Assembly: GCA_016180235.1 (NCBI GenBank)
Contig: JACPBQ010000002.1
Coordinates: forward strand, 2,206-66,205
Reading direction: 5' to 3'
Length of the DNA: 64,000 bases
Source of the DNA: Candidatus Woesearchaeota archaeon
GTDB lineage: Archaea > Nanobdellota > Nanobdellia > Woesearchaeales > GW2011-AR4
A program made the translations under genes and the position numbers. Each line of letters begins with the position of its first letter. Position 1 is the stretch's first letter. The notes beneath the pieces are model-generated. The model was not told where the DNA came from, searched no databases, and was given only the letters and a program-made list of their open reading frames with translations. This document shows, one piece after another, positions 15,112-24,082 of this stretch.

Positions 15112-15663
15112 CTATGATTTCTTATCATGGTGGCGATGGCTGTCCTGGGTTACATAGACAACAAACATCACTATTATAATCAACAAAAAAATCGATCCTG
15201 TAACTTCTCCCCTGCTGCTGCCGCTTAAAAAGCCGAATGTATCATCCAGAAGGTTAAGGGCGTCCAGGAAAATGAAGATGAGCACAATAAATACTATTAC
15301 CATGAATGCTGTCTTCCAGCCTCCTTCCAGAAAAACCCCTTCCGGCCTTTCCTGGAAAAAAGAGCCTACAAGCAAGAGGAATAATACCACCAAAAACAAT
15401 AAAACAACAAAGTTTGATGAAACAGCTGTTATTATCTCAACAAGCCTCGAGGATGCAATGACAAGGAATGCAATTACGAATGCTGCTACCGAGTTAAGGT
15501 TTTTCTTCGTGTATTTCTTCCCGTCTATCTCCTCAACCCCGAAGACCTTTGTCCTCTCCAATAATGCAAAAACGATTGTGAAGACAAGAAGGAACGGCAG
15601 GACTACGTCAAAGATGCCTATATTATCAAAAAAATTTATTATCTCCCTGAATTGAGTTGCCAT
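15112..15663 (-). CDS. polytopic membrane protein, paralog 3 of 3
   Basis: 183 aa. The N-terminal motif DVVLPFLLVFTIVFALLERTKVFGVEE is nearly identical to paralog 2. Confidence 0.6.
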   Translation of the reverse strand: MATQFREIINFFDNIGIFDVVLPFLLVFTIVFALLERTKVFGVEEIDGKKYTKKNLNSVAAFVIAFLVIASSRLVEIITAVSSNFVVLLFLVVLFLLLVGSFFQERPEGVFLEGGWKTAFMVIVFIVLIFIFLDALNLLDDTFGFLSGSSRGEVTGSIFLLIIIVMFVVYVTQDSHRHHDKKS

Positions 15664-15771
15664 CTTTTTTTAAATGATTTTATTCTTATGTCCATATATA
15701 AACTTTTCGAAAAGATGTATTGGAATTATACCTATAAAATATAAAAATAATACCCATAAATATAGGCTCGG

Positions 15772-15835
15772 CGCATTACGGCCTCGCATCATTGGTACGT
15801 AACTTTCCTAGCCGCGCCATTGTTGGGCGGTAATA
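15772..15835 (-). repeat. right arm of 64-nt perfect inverted repeat
   Basis: Exact reverse complement of 9009-9072. Weaker similarity continues outward (ggacattt..attaccgccc) with a deletion of about 47 nt relative to the left copy. Confidence 0.9.
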
Positions 15836-15842
15836 AATGTCC

Positions 15843-15912
15843 ATAAATAGGCGAGGCGAGTGATGTGGCAAGGCAACGAGCCTCGCACTATAGTTTCGGA
15901 TCAGATTAAAAA
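15843..15912 (+). repeat. GC-rich hairpin repeat, copy b (partner at 13081-13150)
   Basis: Stem GCGAGGC (15851-15857) / GCCTCGC (15880-15886). The flanks align with copy a. Confidence 0.65.
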
Positions 15913-15944
15913 TCATAATAAACAATGTGCTACTAATTAAAAAA

Positions 15945-15954
15945 CTTTATAAAA
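15945..15954 (+). promoter_or_regulatory. TATA-like box for translin-aspS operon
   Basis: ctttataaaa centred about 26 nt upstream of the ATG at 15976. Confidence 0.45.
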
Positions 15955-15975
15955 CCAGCGTAGTTTACGGGTGAA

Positions 15976-16548
15976 ATGCTGAACAAGAGCGAATTTGGGA
16001 AAATAAGGCAGGAGCTGGCCAGGACTGAGGAAAGGAGGGAATATGTCATTCAGCTGTCCAGGGAGATAATAAACCTGTCAAAGAGGATAATTTATGCCCT
16101 GCACAGGGATGATGTCAGGGAAGCAGATTCATTGATAAAAGAGATAGATTCTAAAAAGGGTTCTCTGCTGAAAAACAACATAAAGCTCGACATCAATATA
16201 GACCAGGTTGCTTTGCAGGAGTATGTGGAAGCCTTATGCTATTACCATTTTATTAAAAACAGGAAGATCCCGGACAAAGCTGCCCTGAAAGTGGACAGCG
16301 AAAGCTACCTGCTTGGCTTGTGCGACCTTAGCGGGGAGCTTGTAAGGAAAGCTGTGAATGAAGTTGTAAAAAACAATTTTGATATAGCTTTCGGGATAAA
16401 GGGCCTTGTCGAGGAAATTTATGATGAGTTTTTGAAGTTCAACCTGAGGAACAACGAGCTGAGGAAGAAATCCGACCAGATAAAATACAACCTGATAAAA
16501 TTGCAGGATGTCATTTATGAGCTTAAGATGAAAGGTAAATTAAAATGA
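15976..16548 (+). CDS. translin-family nucleic-acid-binding protein
   Basis: QEYVEALCYYHFI and YLLGLCDLSGELVRKAV match the translin/TRAX signature (Y-L-x-G-x-x-D-L-x-GE-L-x-R). 190 aa, all-helical. Confidence 0.75.
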   Translation: MLNKSEFGKIRQELARTEERREYVIQLSREIINLSKRIIYALHRDDVREADSLIKEIDSKKGSLLKNNIKLDINIDQVALQEYVEALCYYHFIKNRKIPDKAALKVDSESYLLGLCDLSGELVRKAVNEVVKNNFDIAFGIKGLVEEIYDEFLKFNLRNNELRKKSDQIKYNLIKLQDVIYELKMKGKLK

Positions 16549-18302
16549 GGCTTAAAAGGACAAGCACATGCGGGGAGCTTGGAAAGAAGGATATCAGGAA
16601 AGAAGTTTGCCTGGCAGGATGGATTCAGTCATCAAGAGACCATGGAGGCATTATTTTTATTGATTTAAGGGACAGGTATGGGCTTACCCAGGCAGTTTTT
16701 GACCCCAAGCATGACAGGAAAACACATAAGGAAGCTGAATCATTAAGAAGGGAAGATGTAATTTCAGTTAAGGGCAAAGTCAGGGCTCGCGGCAAAGGCC
16801 TTGAAAACCCCAATCTTAAGACAGGAGAGATAGAGGTTCTCGCAGATGAATTGGAAATTCTGAGCAGGGCTGAGACGCCGCCTCTTGAAGTTGAGGACAG
16901 GGTTGATGCCGGAGAGGAACTAAGGTTAAAGTACCGCTTCCTGGACTTGAGAAGGCCTAAGATGCAGAATCATTTATTGATAAGGCATAAGGCTGCGCAG
17001 GCTGCCAGGGAATATCTGAACAAGAATAATTTCCTGGAGATTGAAACTCCGATGCTGGTAAGGGCAACTCCCGAAGGCGCCCGTGATTATATTGTTCCTT
17101 CAAGAGTAAATCCTGGCAAGTTTTACGCACTGCCCCAAAGCCCTCAATTGTACAAGCAGATTCTCATGGTTTCAGGCTGTGACAGGTATTACCAGCTGGC
17201 CAGATGCTTGAGGGATGAGGACTTGAGGGCAGACAGGCAGCCTGAGCACACTCAGATAGATCTGGAAATGAGCTTTGTTGCGCAGGAAGATGTTTTGGAG
17301 ATGGTAGAAGGCCTGTACAAGCACATGATGAAATCTGTTTTAGGCATTGACATCAAACACAAATTCCCGAGGCTGTCGCACAAGGAATCAATGGACAAAT
17401 ACGGGACAGACAAGCCTGACTTGAGATTTGGCCTTGAGCTGATTGATGTAACCGATATTGTAAATAGTTCGGATTTTGAGGTTTTTAAGAAAGCCGAGCA
17501 GGTAAAGTGCATCAATCCGGAAAAGGATTTCAGCAGGAACGAGCTTGACAGCTACATCAGTTTCTGCCAGCAGAACGGCGCCAAGGGAATGGCCTGGATG
17601 AAAGTCACAGATAAAGGCCTGGAAAGCAACATTGTGAAATTTTTTAACAATAATCTGCAAAAGAAGATTCTTGAGAAAACGAAGGCAAAAAAAGGCTCTA
17701 CTTTGATGTTCATTGCAGACAAGCCAAAAATAGCTGCTGCAATTTTGGACAAATTAAGGCTCAAATTGAGGGACGATTTAAAATTGGTCAAAGGCAATGA
17801 TTTCAGGTTCTGCTGGATTGTTGATTTTCCCCTGTTTGAATGGGATGAGGAAAATGGGAAATGGGAAGCATCGCATCATATTTTTACCGCTCCAAAAAAA
17901 GAGCACATTCATCTGTTGGAAAAAGAGCCTGGAAACGTCTATGCTGATTTATATGATTTGGTTCTTAATGGGATAGAGTTAGGATCCGGAAGCATAAGGG
18001 AGACAAATCCTGAAACTCAGCAGAAAGTCATGAAAGTCATCGGCATCAAAAAGGAAGACGCGATAAAAAAATTTGGGTTTTTGATGGAAGCTTTCAAATA
18101 TGGAACTCCGCCGCATGGAGGCATAGGCCTGGGCTTTGACCGCATTGTAGCGTTAATGTGCGGCTATAACGACATAAGGGAAGTGATTGCATTCCCAAAA
18201 AACAAGAACGCAGAATGCCCGATGGACGGCTCTCCAAGCGAAGTTGATGAAACGCAATTGAAAGAGCTGCATATTAAGAGTGATTTGGTGAAGAAAAAAT
18301 AA
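16545..18302 (+). CDS. aspS: aspartyl-tRNA synthetase, bacterial-type (585 aa with insertion domain)
   Basis: GWIQSSRDHGGIIFIDLRDRYG (bacterial AspRS N-terminal OB), CLRDEDLRADRQPEHTQIDLEMSF (motif 2) and HGGIGLGFDRIVALM (motif 3). ATGA overlap with translin. Confidence 0.9.
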   Translation: MRLKRTSTCGELGKKDIRKEVCLAGWIQSSRDHGGIIFIDLRDRYGLTQAVFDPKHDRKTHKEAESLRREDVISVKGKVRARGKGLENPNLKTGEIEVLADELEILSRAETPPLEVEDRVDAGEELRLKYRFLDLRRPKMQNHLLIRHKAAQAAREYLNKNNFLEIETPMLVRATPEGARDYIVPSRVNPGKFYALPQSPQLYKQILMVSGCDRYYQLARCLRDEDLRADRQPEHTQIDLEMSFVAQEDVLEMVEGLYKHMMKSVLGIDIKHKFPRLSHKESMDKYGTDKPDLRFGLELIDVTDIVNSSDFEVFKKAEQVKCINPEKDFSRNELDSYISFCQQNGAKGMAWMKVTDKGLESNIVKFFNNNLQKKILEKTKAKKGSTLMFIADKPKIAAAILDKLRLKLRDDLKLVKGNDFRFCWIVDFPLFEWDEENGKWEASHHIFTAPKKEHIHLLEKEPGNVYADLYDLVLNGIELGSGSIRETNPETQQKVMKVIGIKKEDAIKKFGFLMEAFKYGTPPHGGIGLGFDRIVALMCGYNDIREVIAFPKNKNAECPMDGSPSEVDETQLKELHIKSDLVKKK

Positions 18303-18355
18303 ACATCCCATTTTTATTTAAAATTTTCTTTATATATGATTATTTTCCTGCAAAA

Positions 18356-18925
18356 ATGCCCCAACCAAAATCAATCCATCCAAAAACAAGGAAAAAATGG
18401 AGGCAATGGCTTCAAAAAAACCATAAAAAAGAATCCAAAGTTTTTCTTATAAAATACAAGAAACACACTAAAAAGCCGACCATAACCCATAGGGAAGCGA
18501 TGGATGAAGCTATATGCTTTGGCTGGATTGACACAACTGCAAAAAGGCTGGATGATGAAAGGTATGGCAATCATTTTGTCAAAAGGAATGAGAGCAGCAG
18601 GTGGAGCAGCAACACGCTGAAATACGCAGAAAGGCTCATAAAAGAAGGCAGGATGTCAGAAGAAGGTTTAAAGAGGTATGAGGAAGGCCTAAAAAAACCT
18701 GTCATCGACCATGGTTTGCCAAGAAATCCTGAAGCTCCAAAAGACTTAAAGGAAGCTTTGGAAAAAGACAAAAAAGCGAAAGAAAACTTCAATAATTTAG
18801 CTCCATCTTACAAAAGAGTGTACATTTACTGGGTTGAGAGGGCCAAAAGAAAAGAGACAAGAATTAAAAGAATAAAAGAAACCGTAAAAAGAGCAAAAGA
18901 AAATAAAAAATGGGGAATGCAGTAA
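18356..18925 (+). CDS. YdeI/OmpD-associated family protein
   Basis: WRQWLQKNH..EAMDEAICFGWIDTTAKRLDDERY and a C-terminal YKRVYIYWVERAKRKETRIKRI match the YdeI-like family pattern. Confidence 0.65.
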   Translation: MPQPKSIHPKTRKKWRQWLQKNHKKESKVFLIKYKKHTKKPTITHREAMDEAICFGWIDTTAKRLDDERYGNHFVKRNESSRWSSNTLKYAERLIKEGRMSEEGLKRYEEGLKKPVIDHGLPRNPEAPKDLKEALEKDKKAKENFNNLAPSYKRVYIYWVERAKRKETRIKRIKETVKRAKENKKWGMQ

Positions 18926-18930
18926 ATTAG

Positions 18931-18940
18931 ATTTAAATAC
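18931..18940 (+). promoter_or_regulatory. TATA-like box for HAM1 operon
   Basis: atttaaatac about 30 nt upstream of the ATG at 18965. Confidence 0.4.
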
Positions 18941-18964
18941 TCATTAAAAATCACCTTTCCTATC

Positions 18965-19519
18965 ATGCAAATAAATCTCATAACCTCAAACTTAGGAAAA
19001 GTCAAAGAACTTAAAGCCTACTTAGAGCCGGAAATAAAAATAAACCATATTAAAAAAGAATACAGGGAATTAAGAAGCGACAACCCGGAAGAAATAGCAA
19101 AAGAATCGGCAAAAAGGCTTGCAGAGGAACTAAAAAAACCAGTTGTTGTTGAAGATTCAGGATTGTTCATAAAATCTTTAAATGATTTCCCCGGAACATG
19201 CTCATCTTACATCCATAAAAGGATAGGATTAAAAGGGATCTTGAAATTGATGGAAAATACTGATGGCAGGGAATGCATGTACAAATCAGCAATTGCATAC
19301 TGCGAGCCAAAAAAAGAGCCGATAAGCTTTTTAGGCATAGAAAAAGGCACGATTTCAAAAAAAATAAAAGGAGCCCATGGATTCGGCCATGACCCAATAT
19401 TCATCCCGGAAAAAAGCAATAAAACCTATGGGGAAATGGAAAATTGCGAAAGCCTTAAAAAATTCAGGAGAAAAGCAGCTGAAAAGCTGAAGCATTATTT
19501 ACTGGAGGAGCAACAATGA
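18965..19519 (+). CDS. non-canonical purine NTP pyrophosphatase (HAM1/RdgB/ITPase family)
   Basis: ITSNLGKVKE, VVEDSGLFI..L..FPG, HGFGHDPIFIP. Confidence 0.85.
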   Translation: MQINLITSNLGKVKELKAYLEPEIKINHIKKEYRELRSDNPEEIAKESAKRLAEELKKPVVVEDSGLFIKSLNDFPGTCSSYIHKRIGLKGILKLMENTDGRECMYKSAIAYCEPKKEPISFLGIEKGTISKKIKGAHGFGHDPIFIPEKSNKTYGEMENCESLKKFRRKAAEKLKHYLLEEQQ

Positions 19520-20106
19520 TAGGAAAGATAAAAGACCTTATGAATGCAAAAGAGCAGATTGACATAATAAAGAATAACCTCAACTATGCGACAAGCTCCG
19601 TAGCGGAGCTCAAAGAGGAAGTGAGCTCGCTGAAAGGGCAGCTAAGCAGCACAATAGAAGAGATAAGCCATAAAAACAACGAATTCTTCACGAATTTCAA
19701 CGAGAATATGGAAGCAATAAGGAGCACAAGCAAGGAATTTGAGAAGGAGCTTTTCCAGTTCAAGCTGCTCAAAGCCCAGATGCAGAAAAAAGTCATGGAG
19801 AAGTTTGAGGAAGAGCTCGGCAATGAGCTCAAGCTGCAGACGGAAACTTTAAAAACCGATGCAGAAGCCTATAATGAATTAAAAGAGAACATAACAGGCA
19901 TTTCAAAGCAGGTAAACAGCCTGGGCAATGAAATAAACAAGTTCATAGACATAAGCAAGAACATAAAGAAGGAGGATTTTGAATTGACAAGGTTTGCCCA
20001 TCAGCTTAGGGAGATGGACAAGGAAAAACTGGAGCTGATGAGGAAGATTGACACTCTTGAGAGATTGGTCTCAAAGATAAGAAGGCAGGAATTCATAACA
20101 AGATGA
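19516..20106 (+). CDS. coiled-coil protein, unknown function
   Basis: 196 aa, heptad-rich. ATGA overlaps with both neighbours indicate an operon. Confidence 0.5.
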   Translation: MIGKIKDLMNAKEQIDIIKNNLNYATSSVAELKEEVSSLKGQLSSTIEEISHKNNEFFTNFNENMEAIRSTSKEFEKELFQFKLLKAQMQKKVMEKFEEELGNELKLQTETLKTDAEAYNELKENITGISKQVNSLGNEINKFIDISKNIKKEDFELTRFAHQLREMDKEKLELMRKIDTLERLVSKIRRQEFITR

Positions 20107-20573
20107 AATTCAGGAAAGCAGCCTTAAAGGATGCAAAAGGCATTGCAAATGTTCTCAAAGAAAGCTATAACATCAAAGACCTAAAAGAAGGCCTGGAAAT
20201 CTTTAAGTTCGAGAGGGAAAAGCACAATAATTATATTGTTGCCGTTGATAACGAAAAAATAGTTGGAATTATCACATGGCTTGTCCATGGCCTTCCAAAG
20301 CACCAGCTGGCAGAGCTTGACCGGATTGCAGTGCTGCCGGAATACATGGGAAAAGGTGTTGCAAAAGGGCTTTTTGATGAGCTGATAAGAGAGGCTATGG
20401 AATTCTACAAAAAAAAGAAGTCAAAATTAAGGAAGCTATATCTCCTGACCCATGAGGACAATAAAAGAGCGCATAAATTCTATGAAAAGCTGGGATTTGA
20501 GCATGAAGTGACTCTAAAGGAGCATTATTACAAAGACAGGCATGAGTATGTTTTCTCTATGTTCTTTGATTAA
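20103..20573 (+). CDS. GNAT-family N-acetyltransferase
   Basis: Acetyl-CoA-binding motif RIAVLPEYMGKGVAKGLFDELI, with a C-terminal A..FYEKLGF. Confidence 0.75.
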   Translation: MKFRKAALKDAKGIANVLKESYNIKDLKEGLEIFKFEREKHNNYIVAVDNEKIVGIITWLVHGLPKHQLAELDRIAVLPEYMGKGVAKGLFDELIREAMEFYKKKKSKLRKLYLLTHEDNKRAHKFYEKLGFEHEVTLKEHYYKDRHEYVFSMFFD

Positions 20574-20580
20574 AAAAATA

Positions 20581-20591
20581 GTTTTATAAAG
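20581..20591 (+). promoter_or_regulatory. TATA-like box for ABC transporter operon
   Basis: gttttataaag centred about 28 nt upstream of the ATG at 20614. Confidence 0.45.
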
Positions 20592-20613
20592 CTCTAAGCC
20601 TTGCATTTTCCTT

Positions 20614-21537
20614 ATGTCGGAAATAGCATTGGAGATAAAAAGCCTGAAAAAGACTTATTCCGGAAATGTAGAGGCGCTAAAAGGGATAGACCTGGTGATA
20701 AAAAAAGGCGATTTTTTTGCTTTATTGGGGCCTAACGGCGCGGGAAAAACCACGACAATAAACATAATGATAAGCCTGGTGAACAAGACTTCCGGCACTG
20801 TAAAAGTATTCGGCTTTGACATTGACAAAAATCTGAATGATGCAAAAAGGCATATAGGGATTGTCCCCCAGGAATTCAATTTCTCGATTTTCGAAAAGCC
20901 TTTCGACATTATTGTCCAGCAGGCCGGCTATTATGGAATACCAAAAAAAATAGCGAAAGAGAGGGCAGAAAAATACCTTAAGCAGCTTGACTTGTGGGAA
21001 AAAAGGAATACCATGGCGCAAAGATTGTCAGGGGGCCAGAAAAGAAGGCTGATGATAGCAAGGGCATTGGTCCATGAGCCGCAATTATTGATTTTAGACG
21101 AGCCGACAGCAGGAGTAGATATTGAGATAAGGAGGAGCATGTGGAAATTCATATCAAACTTAAACACACAAGGCCGCACAATAATCCTTACAACCCATTA
21201 TCTGGAGGAAGCGGAAAATCTGTGCAGGAACATTGCAATCATAGACAAAGGAAAAATAATAGAAAACACCTCAATGAAAAATTTTCTCAGAAGCATGGAC
21301 AGGGAAGCCTTTATTTTAGATGTTAAAGAGCCGATAAGGCAAATAACAAAGCTGGATGATTTCAGCATAAAAATGATTGATGATACAACTCTGGAAGTTG
21401 AAATATCAAAAAAGCACAGCTTAAACGCATTATTCAGCCATTTCCAGAAGAATAATATTGAGATAATAAGCATGAGGAGGAAAACGGCAAGATTGGAGGA
21501 ATTATTCATGAGGCTTGTTGAGAACGGGAAAAAATGA
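20614..21537 (+). CDS. ABC transporter ATP-binding protein (ABC-2/DrrA-like)
   Basis: Walker A GPNGAGKTT, signature LSGGQKRRL, Walker B LLILDEPT. Confidence 0.85.
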   Translation: MSEIALEIKSLKKTYSGNVEALKGIDLVIKKGDFFALLGPNGAGKTTTINIMISLVNKTSGTVKVFGFDIDKNLNDAKRHIGIVPQEFNFSIFEKPFDIIVQQAGYYGIPKKIAKERAEKYLKQLDLWEKRNTMAQRLSGGQKRRLMIARALVHEPQLLILDEPTAGVDIEIRRSMWKFISNLNTQGRTIILTTHYLEEAENLCRNIAIIDKGKIIENTSMKNFLRSMDREAFILDVKEPIRQITKLDDFSIKMIDDTTLEVEISKKHSLNALFSHFQKNNIEIISMRRKTARLEELFMRLVENGKK

Positions 21538-22310
21538 ACGCTAAAGAGCAATACTGCGCATTCAGGGCAATTGTAGACAAGGAAGTTACCCGCATTTTGA
21601 GGATTTGGATGCAGACCTTGCTTCCTTCAGCTATAACCATGACCCTCTATTTCATAATATTTGGAAAATTTATCGGCTCTCAGGTTAAGGACATAAACGG
21701 GTTTTCTTACATGCAGTTTATCGTGCCCGGAATCATAATGCTTTCCGTGATAACAAACTCATTTACTAATGTAGTCTCTGCATTCTTCAGCGCCAAGTTC
21801 CAGAAAAGCATAGAAGAGCTGCTTGTAAGCCCCACTCCGAATTACATAATAATCTTAGGATACACGGCAAGCGGGGTTTTCAGGGGACTTTTAGTTGGGA
21901 TTATTGTTTTGCTTGTTTCGTTATTGTTTTTCGCGCAACTGCATATTTACAATATTGCAATAGTCATCGCGTTCATACTGCTGACTTCAATGGTCTTTTC
22001 CCTTGGCGGCCTTCTTAATGCAATTTTTGCGAAAAGGTTTGATGACATATCCATTATCCCCACTTTCGTCCTTATGCCCCTAACCTATCTTGGCGGCGTA
22101 TTTTATTCGATAAAGCTATTGCCGGAATTCTGGCAGACAATCTCCTTATTTAACCCCATACTATACATGGTAAATGGCTTCCGTTACGGCTTTCTGGGAA
22201 TATCAGACATAAACATCTGGATAGGATTAGGGATGCTTATCATGTTTGCAGCGATATTGTTCTCTATCAGCCTCTACCTTATGAGGAAAGGCGTTGGATT
22301 GAGGACATAG
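21534..22310 (+). CDS. ABC-2 type transporter permease
   Basis: 258 aa with 6 TM helices. ATGA overlap with the ATPase gene. Confidence 0.7.
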   Translation: MNAKEQYCAFRAIVDKEVTRILRIWMQTLLPSAITMTLYFIIFGKFIGSQVKDINGFSYMQFIVPGIIMLSVITNSFTNVVSAFFSAKFQKSIEELLVSPTPNYIIILGYTASGVFRGLLVGIIVLLVSLLFFAQLHIYNIAIVIAFILLTSMVFSLGGLLNAIFAKRFDDISIIPTFVLMPLTYLGGVFYSIKLLPEFWQTISLFNPILYMVNGFRYGFLGISDINIWIGLGMLIMFAAILFSISLYLMRKGVGLRT

Positions 22311-22394
22311 TTCAAAAAGTCCCATTCGGCATTTTTGTTACTTATTCTGTTATTATAGCAATGTTTTTATAATTTCGGATGAATTATTGGATTA

Positions 22395-22763
22395 ATGAAA
22401 CCCCTGTTGACAAAAGAAAATTTCAAATGCGACCGCTACTGCGGCGAGTGCTGCAAAAAGATGCTTGTGGCTGTAAGCAATAAAGACATAAAAAACATTG
22501 AAAAGCTCGGATATAAGAAAGAGAGTTTCGTGATGAAAGATGTGTTTAACTCAAAAAGAAAATTCCTGAAAAAGGAGGAGAATGGGTGGTGCGTTTTCCT
22601 GGAAAAAGAAAAAGACGGCAAATACTCCTGCAAAATCCACAAGGACAGGCCGGAAGTATGCCAAAAATACCCTTTCTTTCCCGGAACTCCAAAGGAAATA
22701 AAAAGCTGCCTGCCTGAGGATTTGTATCCGAATGTGTTTTTTAAGATGCCTTCAAGGAAATAA
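22395..22763 (+). CDS. YkgJ-family cysteine-cluster protein (UPF0153)
   Basis: CDRYCGECCKK cluster near the N-terminus plus C..H....C downstream (YSCKIHKDRPEVCQKYP). TATA-like gtttttataattt at 22363-22375. Confidence 0.65.
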   Translation: MKPLLTKENFKCDRYCGECCKKMLVAVSNKDIKNIEKLGYKKESFVMKDVFNSKRKFLKKEENGWCVFLEKEKDGKYSCKIHKDRPEVCQKYPFFPGTPKEIKSCLPEDLYPNVFFKMPSRK

Positions 22764-22838
22764 AGGCAAAGAATTACCAAAAAAGCCATTATAGGGAGAT
22801 GAAACAATATTGTTTTTATTTTTCTTTAATCTAGTAAA

Positions 22839-23897
22839 TTACCTATATCTCTCATAAGTAAATTGGTATCTTTGTTCACACATTTTTACTAAGGCTTGAG
22901 AATCTCTGATAAGTTGTTGATAATGGTCTCTTAAAGGTGTTGAAAAGAAACTACTGGTAACCCCAAATCCATCATACTTTCTTTCATAAGTAGCGCTTGA
23001 GCCATCACCATAATTCTCAAAACTTAAACCTATTACAAGATTTGAACTGCATTGAACAATAATACTCTGTCCATAGTTTATATTGCTAAGCTTTTCGGTG
23101 TAGCCTTTAATTCCAAAATTGGTATTATTTATAGTTACATTATATTTATTAATTTTTATATAATTAATTTCAGCAATGTTTCCAGAAGCGGTTTCAGGAA
23201 AGGTTATATTGTCATAAAACAAAACCGAGGATAACTCTGAATGGCTAACATATTTAGTTTTCTCAGCGGTAGATATCTCTTTCGGATACTTCTTTAAATG
23301 AATTAGTTTTGGCAATTCCCCTTCCTCGAATTCGTTCTCAAATATTTCTTTTGATTTGAGAGCAGTATCTAAAAATATGTCCTTATTTTTGATAACAAAA
23401 TTCTGAAAATCTTTATTGTCATTTAGATAATGTTTGGAGTCGGTTATCTGTATAACCATCTCTGGTTTTTTAATTGTAAACTTAGAATAAGGATTAAACC
23501 CATACTTTCCTAAAAACTTAGAATTTTCAAGTTTATTAGAATATATTTGTGCATAATCTAATTCGGGGTCTTTAGTAAGAACTACTGTTTTTCCTAATAC
23601 GTTTCCAATATCAGCTTGTAAATCCTGAATTGTAAAAGTTTTAGTTTCTTCTGCTGCCTCTTCCGGTGTTATCTGTTTAGTTTCTTCTACCTTTGTTTCT
23701 TCTTTGACTTCATCCTTATCACAAATAGAATTATCATCTTTGTCCAAACAGCAGTCATTTCCTACAAGAATATACGGTTTATTACAAACAGGCTGCTTAG
23801 CTTGAGGAGAGCATGCACTTACCAAAAAAGCAAAAAGTATCAACAATGAGATTGCATATTTTAGCTTCAAACTAACCACCCCTTTTAATCTTAACAA
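22839..23897 (-). CDS. secreted or lipid-anchored hypothetical protein
   Basis: Signal-like N-terminus KLKYAISLLILFAFLVSAC (lipobox-like), then a Cys-rich stretch CNKPYILVGNDCCLDKDDNSICDKD. The true start may be the TTG at 23868-23870, behind GGGGTGG. Confidence 0.55.
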   Translation of the reverse strand: MLRLKGVVSLKLKYAISLLILFAFLVSACSPQAKQPVCNKPYILVGNDCCLDKDDNSICDKDEVKEETKVEETKQITPEEAAEETKTFTIQDLQADIGNVLGKTVVLTKDPELDYAQIYSNKLENSKFLGKYGFNPYSKFTIKKPEMVIQITDSKHYLNDNKDFQNFVIKNKDIFLDTALKSKEIFENEFEEGELPKLIHLKKYPKEISTAEKTKYVSHSELSSVLFYDNITFPETASGNIAEINYIKINKYNVTINNTNFGIKGYTEKLSNINYGQSIIVQCSSNLVIGLSFENYGDGSSATYERKYDGFGVTSSFFSTPLRDHYQQLIRDSQALVKMCEQRYQFTYERYR

Positions 23898-24082
23898 AAC
23901 TCTAACAAATTAAAGATTCTTTTTAAACATTTCTAAAAGAGCCCAAGCCAATCATTGTTTATCAGCTAAAGTAAAGTTTAATCAACTTGTTCTCATAATA
24001 ATCAATAAGCTTTTTAAATAACGCTTTTATCCCTTTTACCATTCTAATTTCATTTAAAAAATTAGATTTGGAGGTAATTATT

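Noticed and set aside
9009-15835. Interpretation of the 64-nt inverted repeats as terminal inverted repeats of a transposon or MITE-bounded composite element.
   Set aside because: There is no transposase, integrase or recognisable target-site duplication. The cargo is envelope and filament genes. I kept it as an inversion or repeat-family hypothesis instead.
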